Source: Eledone cirrhosa
Lineage: Eukaryota
Assembly (NCBI GenBank): GCA_964016885.1
Contig: OZ024740.1
Location: 88,536,001 to 88,600,000 of the forward strand
Direction of reading: 5' to 3'
Length of the DNA: 64,000 bases
Part shown: positions 1-12,221 of the stretch, piece by piece
Position numbering within the stretch: the first letter of the stretch is position 1
Layout: the number at the start of each line of letters is the position of its first letter
Notes under the pieces: generated by a model
What the model was told of the DNA's origin: nothing
Seen by the model: only the letters and a program-made list of their open reading frames with translations
The model's database searches: none
Translations under genes and position numbers: made by a program

Positions 1-3000
1 AAAAACTAAAAAAGGATTTTAAGGAGGACGTAGGACCACCCTCTGTCAAACCCATAAACCGCGTCCTACTAAAAAGCTTTCCCCCTCCCCTTCCCCTCCC
101 CAACACAACTCCAAACACCCCAACCCCACCACACACCGACGACCCCACACCACCACAAGACACCCCTTCACCCAACACCCCCGACCCCATGGAAGTCGTG
201 CAACCCGAACCCCGGGAAGCGGAAAGGTAGGTCTCTACACTCTCCTTTGGCTCTGCCGCCCACATGGATGTGTTAAGAGTAGGATGTTTGAATGCACGTG
301 GCCTGGGCTCAACTTGGAAGCAAGCAAAGCTTCTAAATGACCTCAGGTCATGTAGTATAAATGTAATGGTTATCTGTGAGACTCGAATCAGCGTCATGCG
401 GCAGCTGGCCCCCACCTTCGATGACTTTGAGGTGCATGCATCTCTCTGTCAACCTGGAGGTGGGGGTGGGGTTGTCGTGCTGCTGCAAAAACACCTGGGT
501 CTTGCCGTACAGGTTGTGCACTCGGACCCGGAGGGTCGTTTGTTGGTGCTAGACGTTGGCAGTAGTGAAAGTGCGGCCTTGAGACTGGTCGCCGTCTACT
601 CCCCTTTCGGAGCTGAACGGCCCGACTTCTTCCAGCGTTTGGAGACTTTTCTGGGAACGTCGCGTTCCCTGCTTCTAGCGGGGGATTGGAATGACATCCT
701 GGATGCACGTTGGGACTATGCAGGAGCATGTCCTAATAGAGGGGGGTGTAACAGCCTCAAGGGGTTACTCGACCGTTTTAACTTGGTCGATAGATATCGA
801 CTAGATTTTCCAACTGTGCCTACCTGGACTTGGAGAAACCACAGTGGTCAATCTAGATCGTACTTAGATAGATTCTTAGTTAGAAGTAAGGATAGGGACA
901 TATTAAGCTGTCCAGAAATGCGCACGGTTGGCTACACGGATCACAAATTAGTGACCTGCGTGGTCAATCTCGAGAAAACACATAGACAGGGTCCCGGTTA
1001 CTGGAAACTTAATTTGTCTTTACCGGCAAAAGAGACTTACAGAAACCGGATTAGCAGATTAGTTAAGGAGAGGTTGACGGGTGCAATCGTCAACAACCGA
1101 TGGTGGGCATCTCTCAAAAGAGAGATTAGAACAGAATCAATAAGTTATAGCAAGATGTTAGCTGCCAATAGGAATAGAAACGAGAAAGAATTAACAGGTA
1201 AATTAGAAGAGGCAATCAAGAGCGAAGATGTGGCCAGAGTGCTGGCATCGAGGACGGCCTTGAACCAGTTTTTCGATGCAAAGCATGAAGGCTGCGTCAT
1301 TCGAAGTAAAATACGTGCTCTAGGTAATGAGGGGGCCAAAGCCGTTGGATGGGCCCGCGTGACAGAAGCTAAAAGTGGAAATCGATCCACCATCCGGTCG
1401 TTGCAAGACGAAGATGGACGAGTGATCCGGGAGCCTAAGCAGATGTGCGAGGCCTTTCAAAAGCACTTTGCCCGATTGTTCGGGGGAGGCGAGGGTCCGG
1501 GCCGGGGCGTGGATTTCGGTCCATACCTCGACGGCCTGCCGCGTCTCTCGAGCAAAGAGGCAGAGTCCTGCGAGGGACCAATCTCGGCTGATGAGATCGG
1601 AGATGCGCTGAGCCAATGCAGCAGACGCAAATCTCCAGGTCTCGATGGTATACCTTACGAACTTTATTTAGCAATGCCGGTCTTCTTCTCCGAACTCCTC
1701 GAAGCGGTCTACTGCAATTGGCAGCAGAACGGGAGAATTCCTTGTTCTGTAGCCAAGGGCGTAGTCACGCTGGTGAGGAAGGACGAGAACAAGGGGGATA
1801 GTATAAATAATTTTCGGCCCATAACCCTGCTAAACACAGAGTTAAAGATTTTGGCCAAGGTGTTAGCAAAGAGGTTGGCGCTTGTCGTGGGTGGCCTGGT
1901 GGGAGATGCGCAGACATGTGCTATCCCATCCAGGTCCATTCACGATAACCTCCACCTCATGCGATACATCATAGAGAGGGTTGGCAACAAACCCGGCTTC
2001 GGTGGGGCCCTGATCAACTTGGATCAGTCTAAGGCATTCGATAGGGTCGACCATGGTTACCTGGATGCGGTGCTAGCGGCGGCTGGGTTCGGTCCTGTTT
2101 TCAGAGGCTGGATCACTGCCCTACATAGCAACCACATCTGTTCTAGGATCAAGGTGAACGGCTACCTTTCGAAGCCGTTCGAAATCACACGATCCATTCG
2201 ACAGGGGTGCCCTCTCTCCTCCCTTCTGTACGTATTGACTCTCGAGCCTTTACTGAGGAAGTTGGAGTTGTTGCAGGGTATCCCCCTGGAACCAGGATTG
2301 AGCAAAGCGGTGTCGGCCTACGCCGATGACGTAACAGTAATGGTATCAACCGACTCGGAGATCGAGGCGATCGGTACCTTACTGGAGGAGTACGAAAGGT
2401 TGTCAGGAGCGAAACTGAACCGGGAAAAATCCATCGGGCTGCAACTCGGAACGTGGAGAGGCAGACCGATGCCTCCCGATGGTGTCGTCGGACACTGGAC
2501 GGAGGGCCCGGTAAAGTTGCTTGGGGTCTGGTTTGGACCGGACCTCCAGGTGGAAAAGAACTGGAACGAGGTTACGAACAAGGTGTTTGCACTAACCCAG
2601 AAATGGGCCAAGTGTAAGCTGTCCCTAAAAGGCCGGGCGGAGGTGGCGAACATTTACATAGCGTCCGTCACTTACTACCGCCTGACTGTCGTGCCTTGCC
2701 CTAAGGAAACACTCACCACCATGGAACGCATGCTCTTCCAATTTCTTTGGAAGAAGCGTCCTCCTATGGTGAGAAGATCCATCTGCTGCCAACAACCTTC
2801 GAAAGGAGGGCTGGGGATGCCGTGGTTGATGATGCGTAGGCACGCATTAAGGCTACGGCACCTACAGGTATTCCTCACTGGTCAACCGGTGTGGGCTCCG
2901 TTCGTGAAACGAGCCTTTCCGAGACTCGTCTCACTCACCGAGCTACAGTCCTGGGTCAAGCAAAGATCCGGAAAACTGGGAGACTGGCACACTGAGTGTG

Positions 3001-3915
3001 CTCAGGCGCTCAGGGCTCTCTGGCAAGCGGGCCGGGCCATCGGTGGAGAATCCACCTCATCATTCTATAGAGGGCTGGTGGCTAGCAGGGGCGATGACAC
3101 CCTTGGAGAGTCGCTGGACATGGAAGAAGACGAACTGGCCAGCCTGTTCGGTAGGACTTTCGGCCCAGGACCAATGGACAACTTCCAGAAGTCACTGGCC
3201 TGGCAGTGCTACCGAGGGGCTCTACCCGTTCGAGAGAGGCTCTACAGACACGGGCGCCCGGGCAGGGATCCCTCAAAAAAGATTTGCCCTAGATGCGTGC
3301 GTCACGAAGAAACCGTGGCGCACGCATTGGTGCAATGTCCGGGCGTGGCTGATCTGTGGGGCTACGCCGAACAACTGCTGTCGCGGGTGGCGCCGATTAA
3401 ATTGACAGCCGAGTCCGTGATGACAATCAAACCGCCTCCCCTCTTCACAAAGGAAGCAAAGGCGGTTTTTCTGTGCGTAATAGCCATGTTGAAAGAGGTT
3501 GTTTGGTGGACACGATTGAAAGGTCTGAGGTCAGGCAACTTCCTCTCTGGCCATAGTCTGGTCTACTTCTTCCGATATCACTTCGGAAGAAGGATAAGAA
3601 TGGAGAGAGAGGTGCTTGGCCACAGGCAGTTTTATGAAAGGTGGGTGATAGTGGCGAGAATGGCTCGTGTAAATGGGCCTTCTCTGTATACCATCCTGTA
3701 GGTAAAGAAGTAAAGGAGAGGGGAGCACCTTCTCCATGTGCTCCCTGGGCAAAGGATTGCACACTTTTTCGGGGGTGTGTGCAACCCCCATCACGTCCCC
3801 TCCCTTTTGAGGTTATTTTCGATTATTTTCATGTTACACCCTTTTTACTCGATTATATGTAAACTCCCCCTTTGTATTTGTCCCTTCTTTTTATGCCTTT
3901 ATGGTAAATAAAGAA
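1..3915 (+). mobile_element. Tx1-clade non-LTR retrotransposon, copy 1 (5' part outside window; end of ORF1, intact ORF2, 3' UTR)
   Basis: 1-263 is homologous to the ORF1 end of copy 2 (~5720-5976). ORF2 has APE-RT-CCHC. AATAAA at 3907-3912 runs into (ATCT)n at 3916-3939. Confidence 0.92.
264..3701 (+). CDS. LINE ORF2p: APE endonuclease + reverse transcriptase + C-terminal Cys/His finger, uninterrupted 1145 aa
   Basis: Motifs LNARG, GDWN, YLDRF, TDH (APE); SPGLDG, FRPITLLN, LDQSKAFDRV, RQGCPLS, YADD (RT); CPRC..ETVAHALVQC. GYWKLN and CAIPSRSIHDN are typical of Tx1/L1. Confidence 0.96.
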   Translation: MDVLRVGCLNARGLGSTWKQAKLLNDLRSCSINVMVICETRISVMRQLAPTFDDFEVHASLCQPGGGGGVVVLLQKHLGLAVQVVHSDPEGRLLVLDVGSSESAALRLVAVYSPFGAERPDFFQRLETFLGTSRSLLLAGDWNDILDARWDYAGACPNRGGCNSLKGLLDRFNLVDRYRLDFPTVPTWTWRNHSGQSRSYLDRFLVRSKDRDILSCPEMRTVGYTDHKLVTCVVNLEKTHRQGPGYWKLNLSLPAKETYRNRISRLVKERLTGAIVNNRWWASLKREIRTESISYSKMLAANRNRNEKELTGKLEEAIKSEDVARVLASRTALNQFFDAKHEGCVIRSKIRALGNEGAKAVGWARVTEAKSGNRSTIRSLQDEDGRVIREPKQMCEAFQKHFARLFGGGEGPGRGVDFGPYLDGLPRLSSKEAESCEGPISADEIGDALSQCSRRKSPGLDGIPYELYLAMPVFFSELLEAVYCNWQQNGRIPCSVAKGVVTLVRKDENKGDSINNFRPITLLNTELKILAKVLAKRLALVVGGLVGDAQTCAIPSRSIHDNLHLMRYIIERVGNKPGFGGALINLDQSKAFDRVDHGYLDAVLAAAGFGPVFRGWITALHSNHICSRIKVNGYLSKPFEITRSIRQGCPLSSLLYVLTLEPLLRKLELLQGIPLEPGLSKAVSAYADDVTVMVSTDSEIEAIGTLLEEYERLSGAKLNREKSIGLQLGTWRGRPMPPDGVVGHWTEGPVKLLGVWFGPDLQVEKNWNEVTNKVFALTQKWAKCKLSLKGRAEVANIYIASVTYYRLTVVPCPKETLTTMERMLFQFLWKKRPPMVRRSICCQQPSKGGLGMPWLMMRRHALRLRHLQVFLTGQPVWAPFVKRAFPRLVSLTELQSWVKQRSGKLGDWHTECAQALRALWQAGRAIGGESTSSFYRGLVASRGDDTLGESLDMEEDELASLFGRTFGPGPMDNFQKSLAWQCYRGALPVRERLYRHGRPGRDPSKKICPRCVRHEETVAHALVQCPGVADLWGYAEQLLSRVAPIKLTAESVMTIKPPPLFTKEAKAVFLCVIAMLKEVVWWTRLKGLRSGNFLSGHSLVYFFRYHFGRRIRMEREVLGHRQFYERWVIVARMARVNGPSLYTIL

Positions 3916-3939
3916 ATCTATCTATCTATCTATCTATCT
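3916..3939. repeat. (ATCT)n microsatellite between Tx1 copies 1 and 2
   Basis: Direct reading. Confidence 0.95.
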
Positions 3940-4146
3940 GGGATGGACACACGCGTGAAACTTGCTGGGTAAGTTCTGCCTAAATTTCTATAGAAATTCC
4001 TAACTGTAAACCTTCATGTTTATACCAATTTGTAGAGGGACTCCCAGGTCACATTTTGATCTGGTCAGTCTCTCAAAATATTCTACGCCTTTAGGCGAAA
4101 TAGTTCACAAAGAGTTTTTTTTGGAAAAGCTAATATTTAATAAAAA

Positions 4147-5976
4147 ATGGCTGAAGAATCTTCACCAACATTCGAAGGAGGAAAGGAGAAGATAACGCTT
4201 ACAGCTTCCCCCTGCCACTGTCATAGTAGCAGATGTCAAAGACAAAGGTCAGACAGAGGAAAGATTTTCTCCACCTGCTGACCGACAACTTGACGTTGCC
4301 ATGGCAATAAACCAAAAGTGTGAAACAATGAACAAAAACAACACATCAGCGGCACCAGCAACAACAACAACAACAACAATGCTATGAATGAAAATAACAC
4401 CAACAACAATAACAATAACAACAACAACAAGACCAATAACTGCAACATGGAAGTAAACGACAAAATATCTTTTGCGCAAACCGTAAAGAAAACGGTAAGC
4501 TACACTCCGGTAGATATTTCAAATGCAAATGAGCTTTTGAATAACGCCAGACAGTACATAACTTTTGGGGAGAGCGGATCATTCTCCATAAACTCTACCC
4601 CAGATTTGCGAAGAGAAGCTGCCTCGAAAACTGTGGTTTTCAGGACAGTCTCAAACAAAACCCGAAAACCGACTAAACTTTCACAAGGCGAAATTGAGTT
4701 GGTTTTAGAAGATACCTTAAAAGACATTGCTTTCATTCAGAAGGGTAGACTCTACGGGAGTTTATCCATTCTGATAAAAGACCAACTGACGGCACTGAAA
4801 TACTCTGTGTCGCCAATTGTGTCACCGTTGGTCACCTTTTTCCCCACTTACATGGGGAAAAGAACACAGAAAATAAAAATCCAAAGTATCACACCAAATA
4901 TTGATATTTGGTGGGTACTATGTCGATTTTTAAACCTAGAAAAAGACACAATAATATCGGTAGGTAAGTCCTCCAGCGACCTATTGAGCGGAACTAGCCT
5001 GGAAATTCTGGTCCAAATGACACTAGAACGAATAGCTAGGATCCCGGAACGAGTGCTGCTGGATGGACTTATATACATAATCATTTGGGTCGAGGGTAGG
5101 CGGCCCTCATGTTACCACTGCCTAAGCAGGGGTCACCTAAGAGCTTCCTGTCCTCGGCTAACTAGCCAAAAAAGGCATTACTGCCAACACCTGCAACACC
5201 AGCACAACAATCACCACCACCACCACCACAACAACATAAAAAATTATTGACAACAAAACAAACGACAAACACAGTTCCACCCAACCCCTCCCCACCTAAA
5301 ACAACTCCAAAAACACCCACACACATAACAGCTCCCCAAAATGTACTCCTCCCCAACAACACGGATGAGGCCTCATCATCGTCCGACCAGTAAAAAGAAA
5401 AAAGAAAAGACATAACACAAACAAAAATGCAACAAACACAAAAACACCAATACAAGCGACGCAAACAGCATAAACAAAAACACCCCCTCCTGAAAACAAA
5501 ACACCTACTACAAAACGTAAACACACAGAAGAACCACAGAAAAAAAGCAACACAACAGAACAAAAATGTTAAACCTACATAAATATTAACAATAAAACGT
5601 TAACAGACACTATATATAAAAACCCTTCGGTGGAGACCGAAGGGAAAACTCCTACACACTCTTCGGAGAATCCTAATCTTAAAATGATTAGGATCTCCAT
5701 GGACACACATAAACAGTTAAAAGAAAAATTTCCTAACGACGTAGGTAACCACTGCGTCAAACCATATAACCGCGTCCTTTTGAAATGTTTCCCCACCCCA
5801 ACCCCAGACACCCCACCCCAGATGACCCCCCAACATCTCCGTGCCCACCCCGCCAGAGTCTACCACCCCACCAAACAACCCCTCCAACACCTCCATGGAA
5901 ATTGTGCAGCCTGGTCCCCAGGAGATGAAGAGGTGAGTGATTTCTTTTCCTCTTCTTTTAACTTTTCAGCACCAAT
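4147..5976 (+). pseudogene. Tx1 ORF1 (gag-like, CCHC zinc knuckle), disrupted; longest open piece 4384-5250
   Basis: CYHCLSRGHLRASC fits CX2CX4HX4C. Poly-Asn N-terminal part and Pro/Thr/Lys-rich tail lie upstream of ORF2. An upstream in-frame ATG at 4147 is followed by a stop, so the start is uncertain. Confidence 0.75.
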
Positions 5977-8900
5977 ATGGCCAATATAAGAGTTGGATGT
6001 GTGAATGTACGCGGCCTGGGAATGCCCTGGAAACAGGGCAAACTCTTAAAAGACCTCAGGTCGCATAGTATGGATGTAGTAGCCATTTGCGAGTCCAGGA
6101 ACCACAGCGAGCGACAACTGGCCCCCATCTTCGACGACTTTGAGATCTACGCATCTCTCTGTCAGCCGGGAGGTGGGGGCGGATTGCTATTTTGCTGCGG
6201 AAACACCTGGACCTCGTAACACAGAAGGTACATCTGGACCCGGAGGGTCGACTGGTGGTCCTAGACGTTGACGGTAGTGATGGTGGAGCTTTCAGGCTGG
6301 TGACCGCATATGCCCCATCCGAGACACCGCGGCGAAACTTCTTCAAACGTCTAGAGACTTTTCTGGGAATGTCCCGCTCCCTGCTGTTAGTCGGGAACTA
6401 GAATGGAATCCTAGATGCACGTTGGGATTATGTGGGTGCATGTCCCGATAAAGGGGGTGTAACAGCCTCAAACAGTTAATCGGCCGATTTGACCTGGCCG
6501 ATTTGACCTGGCCGATAGATATCGACTAGATTTTCCGACTGTGCCACTGTGGACGTGGACTAAACTAGCGGAGCATCTAGATCGTACCTAGATAGGGTTC
6601 TAGTTAGAAATAAGGATAGAGACATGTTAAGCTATCCACAAATGTTCATGGTTGCCTATTCAGATCACAAATTAATGACCTGCTTAGTCAACCTTGACAA
6701 AACCCATAGACAGAGACCCGGCTACTGGAAGCTGAACTTGTCGTTACCGACATGCAAAGCCTACAGTAGACGGATTAGCAGTTTAGTTATGCAGCACTTG
6801 ACGGGGGCTATTGTCAACAACAGATGGTGGTACTCTCTCAAGAGGGCAGTTAGATTATACTCGATAGGTTTTAGTAAAGAATTAGTGTTAGATAGAAATA
6901 AGACCGAAAAGGAACTGGCAGATAAAGTAGAAGAGGCACTTAGGAGTGGCAACGTAGCCAGCGTGCTAGCGACAAGAACGGCTTTGGACCAGTTCGTCGA
7001 CACAAAGCATGAAGGCTGCGTTGTCAGAAGCAAAATACGTGCTCTGGGAAACGAGGGAGCCAAAACTGTTAGCTGGGCCCGAATGACGGAGGCGAAAAGT
7101 GGCAACAAGTCCACGATTCGGTCTTTGAAGGACCAAGACGTGATACGTGAGCCGAGCAGATGTGCGCGGCCTTTCAGCGGCACATTGCTCAACTGTTCGG
7201 GCAGGGCGGCGCGCCGGCAGGGTCTATGGATTTCGGTCCATACCTCGACGGCCTACCGCGACTCTCGGACAGCGAGGTGAAGTTCTGCGAAAGGCCGATT
7301 TCGGCCGCTGAGATAAGGGACACGCTGAGCCAATGCGGTAAACGCAAATCTCCAGGTCTCGACGATCTACCCTACGAAATTTACGTACCAATGCCGGACT
7401 TGTTCTCCGGTCTCCTGGAAGCGGTCATCTGCAACTGGCACACAAAACGGGAGAATTCCCAGTGCTGTGACCAAGGGCGTAGTCACGTTAGTCAGGAAGG
7501 ACGAGAATAAGGGGGATGACATAGGCAACTTCCGTCCCATAACTCTGCTCAACACAGAGTTACAGATTTTGGCCAAGGTGTTGGCAAAGAGGCTGGCGCT
7601 TGTCGTCGAAAACCTGGGGGAAGAAGCGCAGACATGTGCAATCCCTATCAGGTCCATACACGACAACCTCCACCTCATGCGATACATCATAGAGAGGGTA
7701 GGGTGTAAACCCGGCTTCGGCGGGGCCCTGATCCACTTGGATCAGTCTAAGGTTTTCGATAGGGTTGACCATCGTTACCTGGATGCGGTGCTCGATGCGG
7801 CAGGCTTCGGACCCGTGTTCAGGGGCTGGATTGCTGCAATGCTCAGCAGCAACATCTGCTCCACATAAAGGTGAACGGCAACCTCTCGGAGCCGTTCCAT
7901 ATCACGCGATCCTTCCGACAGGGATGCCCTCTCTCCTCCCTTCTGTACGTACTAACTCTGGAGCCACTACTGCGGAAGCTGGAGCTATTGCAGGGCATCC
8001 CTTTGTGACCGGGACTGCGAAAAGCGGCGTCGGCTTACGGCGACGACGTAACAGTGATGGTGTCGAGCACCTCGCAAATCAGGTAGGTCGGCATCTTACT
8101 GAAGGAATACGAAAGGTTCACAGGAGCGAAGCTGAACCGGGACAAATCCGTCGGTTTGCAACTCGGAACGTGGAGAGGCAACTCGATGGTTTGGTCCGGA
8201 CCTCCAGGTGGAGAAGAACTGGAACGAGGTGACGGCTAATGTGTTTGCGCTCACCCAGAAGTGGGCCGAGTGCAAACTATCCTTGAAAGGTCGAGCAGAG
8301 GTGGCGAACACTTTTATAGCGTCCTTCATCTACTAGCGCTTGACCGTCGTGCCTTGTCCAGCCAAAAACGCTCACCAAAATGGAGCACGCGCTCTTCCAA
8401 TTCCTTTGGAAGAAACAGGCTCCTTTGGTGAGAAGATCCATCTGCTGCCAACACCCTTCAAACGGAGGGCTGGGGATTCCGTGGCTGAAGATGCGCAAAC
8501 ACGCGCTCAGGCTGCGGCACCTCCACGTATTCCTCACCAGAGTACCGGTGTGGGCCCCGTTCGTGAGGCGAGCCTTAACACGACTCGTCTCGCTGACCGA
8601 GCTGCAGTCCTGTGTCAAGCAAAGACCGAGGAAAATGGGCGACTGGCACATCGAATGTGCTTAGGCGCTCACAGACCTCTGGCAAACGGACCTGACGATC
8701 AGTGGAGACTCCACTTTGACATTCTATAGAGGGTTGGTCCTCAGCAAGTGCGACGACAGGCTGGGAGAAACTCTGGGCGTAGAGGAGGACGAACTGGCCA
8801 GTCTGTTCGGTAGGACCTTCCGCCCGGGACCAATGGACAACTTCCAAAAGTCTCTGACCTGGCGGTGCTACCGAGGAGCTCTACCAGTTCGAGACTAGCT

Positions 8901-9360
8901 CTACAGGGACGGGAGCCCGGGTAGGGACCCTTCGAAAAAGATCTGTCCGAGATGTGTGCGCGACGAGGAAACCATCGCGCACGCATTTGTACACTGCCCG
9001 GGCGTTACCGACTAGTGGGGCTATGTAGAACGACTATTGTCGCGGGTGGGGCCAATCCAGTTGACCACCGAGTCCATTGTCATAATTAAACCGCCACCCT
9101 CCTTCAATAACGAGGGAGAGGCGGTTTTCCTATGTGTTATGGCTATGGTGAAAGAGGTTATATGGTGGACGAGGTTAAAAGGGCTGAGGTCAGACACCTT
9201 TCACTCCGGCGAGCAACTGATTCGTTTTTTCAAATATCATTTTGGAAGAAGAATCAGGATGGAGAGAGAGGTGCTGTACCCCAGCAAATTTTATAAAAGG
9301 TGGGTGAATGTGGCAAAGATGGCCCGAGTGGTTGGGTCTTCTCTCTATATAAGCCTGTAG
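5977..9360 (+). pseudogene. Tx1 ORF2 (APE-RT), multiple frameshifts and stops
   Basis: ORF pieces 5977-6219, 6192-6401, 6624-7280, 7160-7510, 7467-7868, 8380-8664, 8716-8898 and 9037-9360 align in order to the copy 1 ORF2. Confidence 0.93.
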
Positions 9361-9608
9361 GTTGAGGAAAAAGAGGAAGAGAGGAAGGGAGTACTCACTC
9401 TTGGTGCTCCTGGAGATGAGGGTTGTACATTTTTTCGGGGTGTGTACAACCCCTGTGTAACGCCCCCTCCCCTATTGGGGATTTCAATTGTTATTTGTTA
9501 TTTTATTAATAGTTATTTTCATATACCTGTATGTAAACTCCCTATTTGTATTTGTCCCCTTCTTTTGTGCCCTTGTGGCTAATAAAGAAATTTATCTATC
9601 CACATCTC

Positions 9609-9654
<46 letters not shown>

Positions 9655-9656
<2 letters not shown>

Positions 9657-9960
9657 GTCTTCTGTTCTAGCGATGGACTCTCTATTATGAACGCCTTCTT
9701 GCGGCACAGTTACATCTATAAATATATATGATATAAAGCGAATCAGGGACAGAGATCTATAATTGATTTTGTTATTGTTTATGATCTCTTTGATGCTGTG
9801 GTGGATGTTCGTGTTACGAGATGGGCTGAGCAGTCAACTGATCACCATCTAGTTATCTGCAACTTGAGCTTAATTAAAGCCAAGGAAGCTCATAAAACAA
9901 GCTGGTCCAGGGTTCCCTACAAGACAAAGTGGGACGCATTGGTGGATAAGAACTCAAAAT
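9655..9960 (+). mobile_element. RTE-clade (Expander/Rex3-like) endonuclease fragment
   Basis: Translates with frameshifts as FCSSDGLSIMNAFLRH...GQRSIIDFVIV..DLFDAVVDVRVTRWAEQSTDHHLVICNL, resembling the RTE APE C-terminal motifs. Confidence 0.6.
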
Positions 9961-10620
9961 GAATTTCACAATATTTCGTTCGTTCCTACACGCCATATAC
10001 CCAACACCAACAGTGAAAAAGCAGAACTTGCATTAACCTCACTGTAGGCACATTTTATTCAACCCCAAACCCATTGATTATTATGTGAACGCCTAAAAGA
10101 CATGGTCATTCATATGACCAAATATATAATATTCTACAGATACATCTAGCAATTGGAAAAACAGAATAAGAATAGCAATAATGCCATAGAAAAACCAATT
10201 AGTTCAGAAGCTATGGGATTCGACCAGATCTATAAAATACCTGACTTGCTGATTAGTGTGAAAAATTACTGAGATTAGTTTGAATGACGTCCAAGAAAAT
10301 TTAAGAAAAAATATAGTGAATGTAAAGAAGACATTCAATAATGTCGGAGGATGAATATAAACTGTAATCTTATGCTACAACGTTTATTAATCTGTATTAC
10401 ATGGTGGATCGGAAAGCATTAGTTCGACATGCTCTCCTTTCATAAAGGCAACATTTGAACGAGAAAGCATATCAATCATTTGGACGACCACAACATATTT
10501 TTTGTTTACCAGAATGCAGGTGATGTACATGAAAACTGCATTGTCTCCTACTGTAACCACAGATTGGTGAATTACTATCGAGAGAAATTTAGTAGATGAA
10601 CATTTTACGCATATCGATCG

Positions 10621-10680
<60 letters not shown>

Positions 10681-10685
<5 letters not shown>

Positions 10686-11446
10686 TGATTGGGAGGAGAA
10701 ATACTGTATATATTTTATCAAATGATTCTATGGACTTACTTTCTTATATATTGCTCTGATTGTTGATTATTAAATTAATTAACTCGTCATTGAGCCACAC
10801 CGTGAATGGTTACCAAAAACATATATATATATATATATATATATGGCTCTGTCTAGTTCATGCATATGTAAACCTCTATATTTTATATATTCCCGTAAGG
10901 TTGAGTAAAACTTTAGGCAGTATTCGGCTGCCCTTTCTAGCAACGAGCCTACTCGCCGTCAGGCACCAATCACAAGCTTTCTGACTTGACCACTGGCCAT
11001 GTGAAAATTCTTAACCATTTTGAATTTGTTTCTGGCAGTTTTTTAAGAAAAATCTTTGTCCAATTGAGTTTGTTTCCTGATGATTTCGAAACTCGTTGAT
11101 TTATCTATGATCAGATATTTCCAAAAAGCGAATGAAAACTCCGGGAGTAGAAACATAATTTTGCTATGTTTATGCACATTTTTTCTTCTAACTTCGATTT
11201 TGTACCTAATTGTGTATGGTTGGCTATATATCTATTCAATTTCTACGGGCTATTAGAAATACTAGGTAAATCTTCTGCGGCTGTGGATCGCGGATAAAAT
11301 AGGTATAATTTATTTATCTATTGTTTCTTCATAAGTACATTTTAAACTTATAGCCTCGTTTAATTGATTTTTTATGTGGTTGATTATGCTGATTGGGAGG
11401 AGAAATACTGTATATATTTTATCAAATGATTCTATGGACTTACTTT

Positions 11447-11454
<8 letters not shown>
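10681..11454. mobile_element. Non-coding module with identical ~70-bp terminal direct repeats, embedded in (TA)n; pseudo-LTR-like
   Basis: tatgctgattgggaggag...ctttcttatata occurs at 10681-10750 and 11385-11454. (TA)n lies on both outer sides. Confidence 0.65.
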
Positions 11455-11496
<42 letters not shown>

Positions 11497-11640
11497 TATA
11501 TTAGAGAGAGAGAGAGAGAGAGAGGGGGGGATAGAGAAGGAGAGCGTGAGAAAACAAACATTTTCCAGTTCCTAGCCAATCTTTATACCTTTCTCTAACA
11601 TGTCTCTTTCCCTGTCTCTCTCTCTCCCCTTCACTCTTTA

Positions 11641-11723
<83 letters not shown>

Positions 11724-12182
11724 GGATAGAGAGAGAGAGAGAGGGAGAGAGAGAGAGAGACAGAAAGAGAGAGAAGATATAAAGATTGGCTCGTAATCTG
11801 GAAAATGCTTGCTTTCAAATAAATATTCCCCTTGTTATATTTGTTCTACACGCACAGAAAGGCCCCTGTCACTTCCATCGACAGAATTGCAATGAACCAG
11901 CGAATCGTTCGGTGGGAACCTGTAACTAACGACGTTATGTGATATAATGTGAAAAAATAAGGAAATGATAGAAATAATATCATTGAAAAAAGTATACAAG
12001 AACCACAATATCGTCTAATGCTTTCATGTAAAATACATGCTGAGAAGATGTCTTTATTGCATTATTTGCTTTTTAACAAATAAAGAATTGATGGTGCAGT
12101 AGATTCTGAAGCAAAGAAAGGATTGGTTGAAAAAATATCCGGTGTGGTATAAACTAAATTAGAAAAGCCAATATATATAATT

Positions 12183-12221
<39 letters not shown>

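Larger units (their letters stand above)
3940..9590 (+). mobile_element. Tx1-clade LINE copy 2, apparently full length (5' UTR, ORF1, ORF2, 3' UTR) but mutationally inactivated
   Basis: Starts right after (ATCT)n. Has a zinc-knuckle ORF1 and ORF2 fragments colinear with copy 1. AATAAA at 9581-9586, then (TATC)n at ~9593-9650. Confidence 0.9.

Noticed and set aside
394-3794. Antisense and alternate-frame ORFs overlapping LINE ORF2 (also 51112-51737)
   Set aside because: Shadow ORFs of GC-richer coding sequence with no independent motifs.
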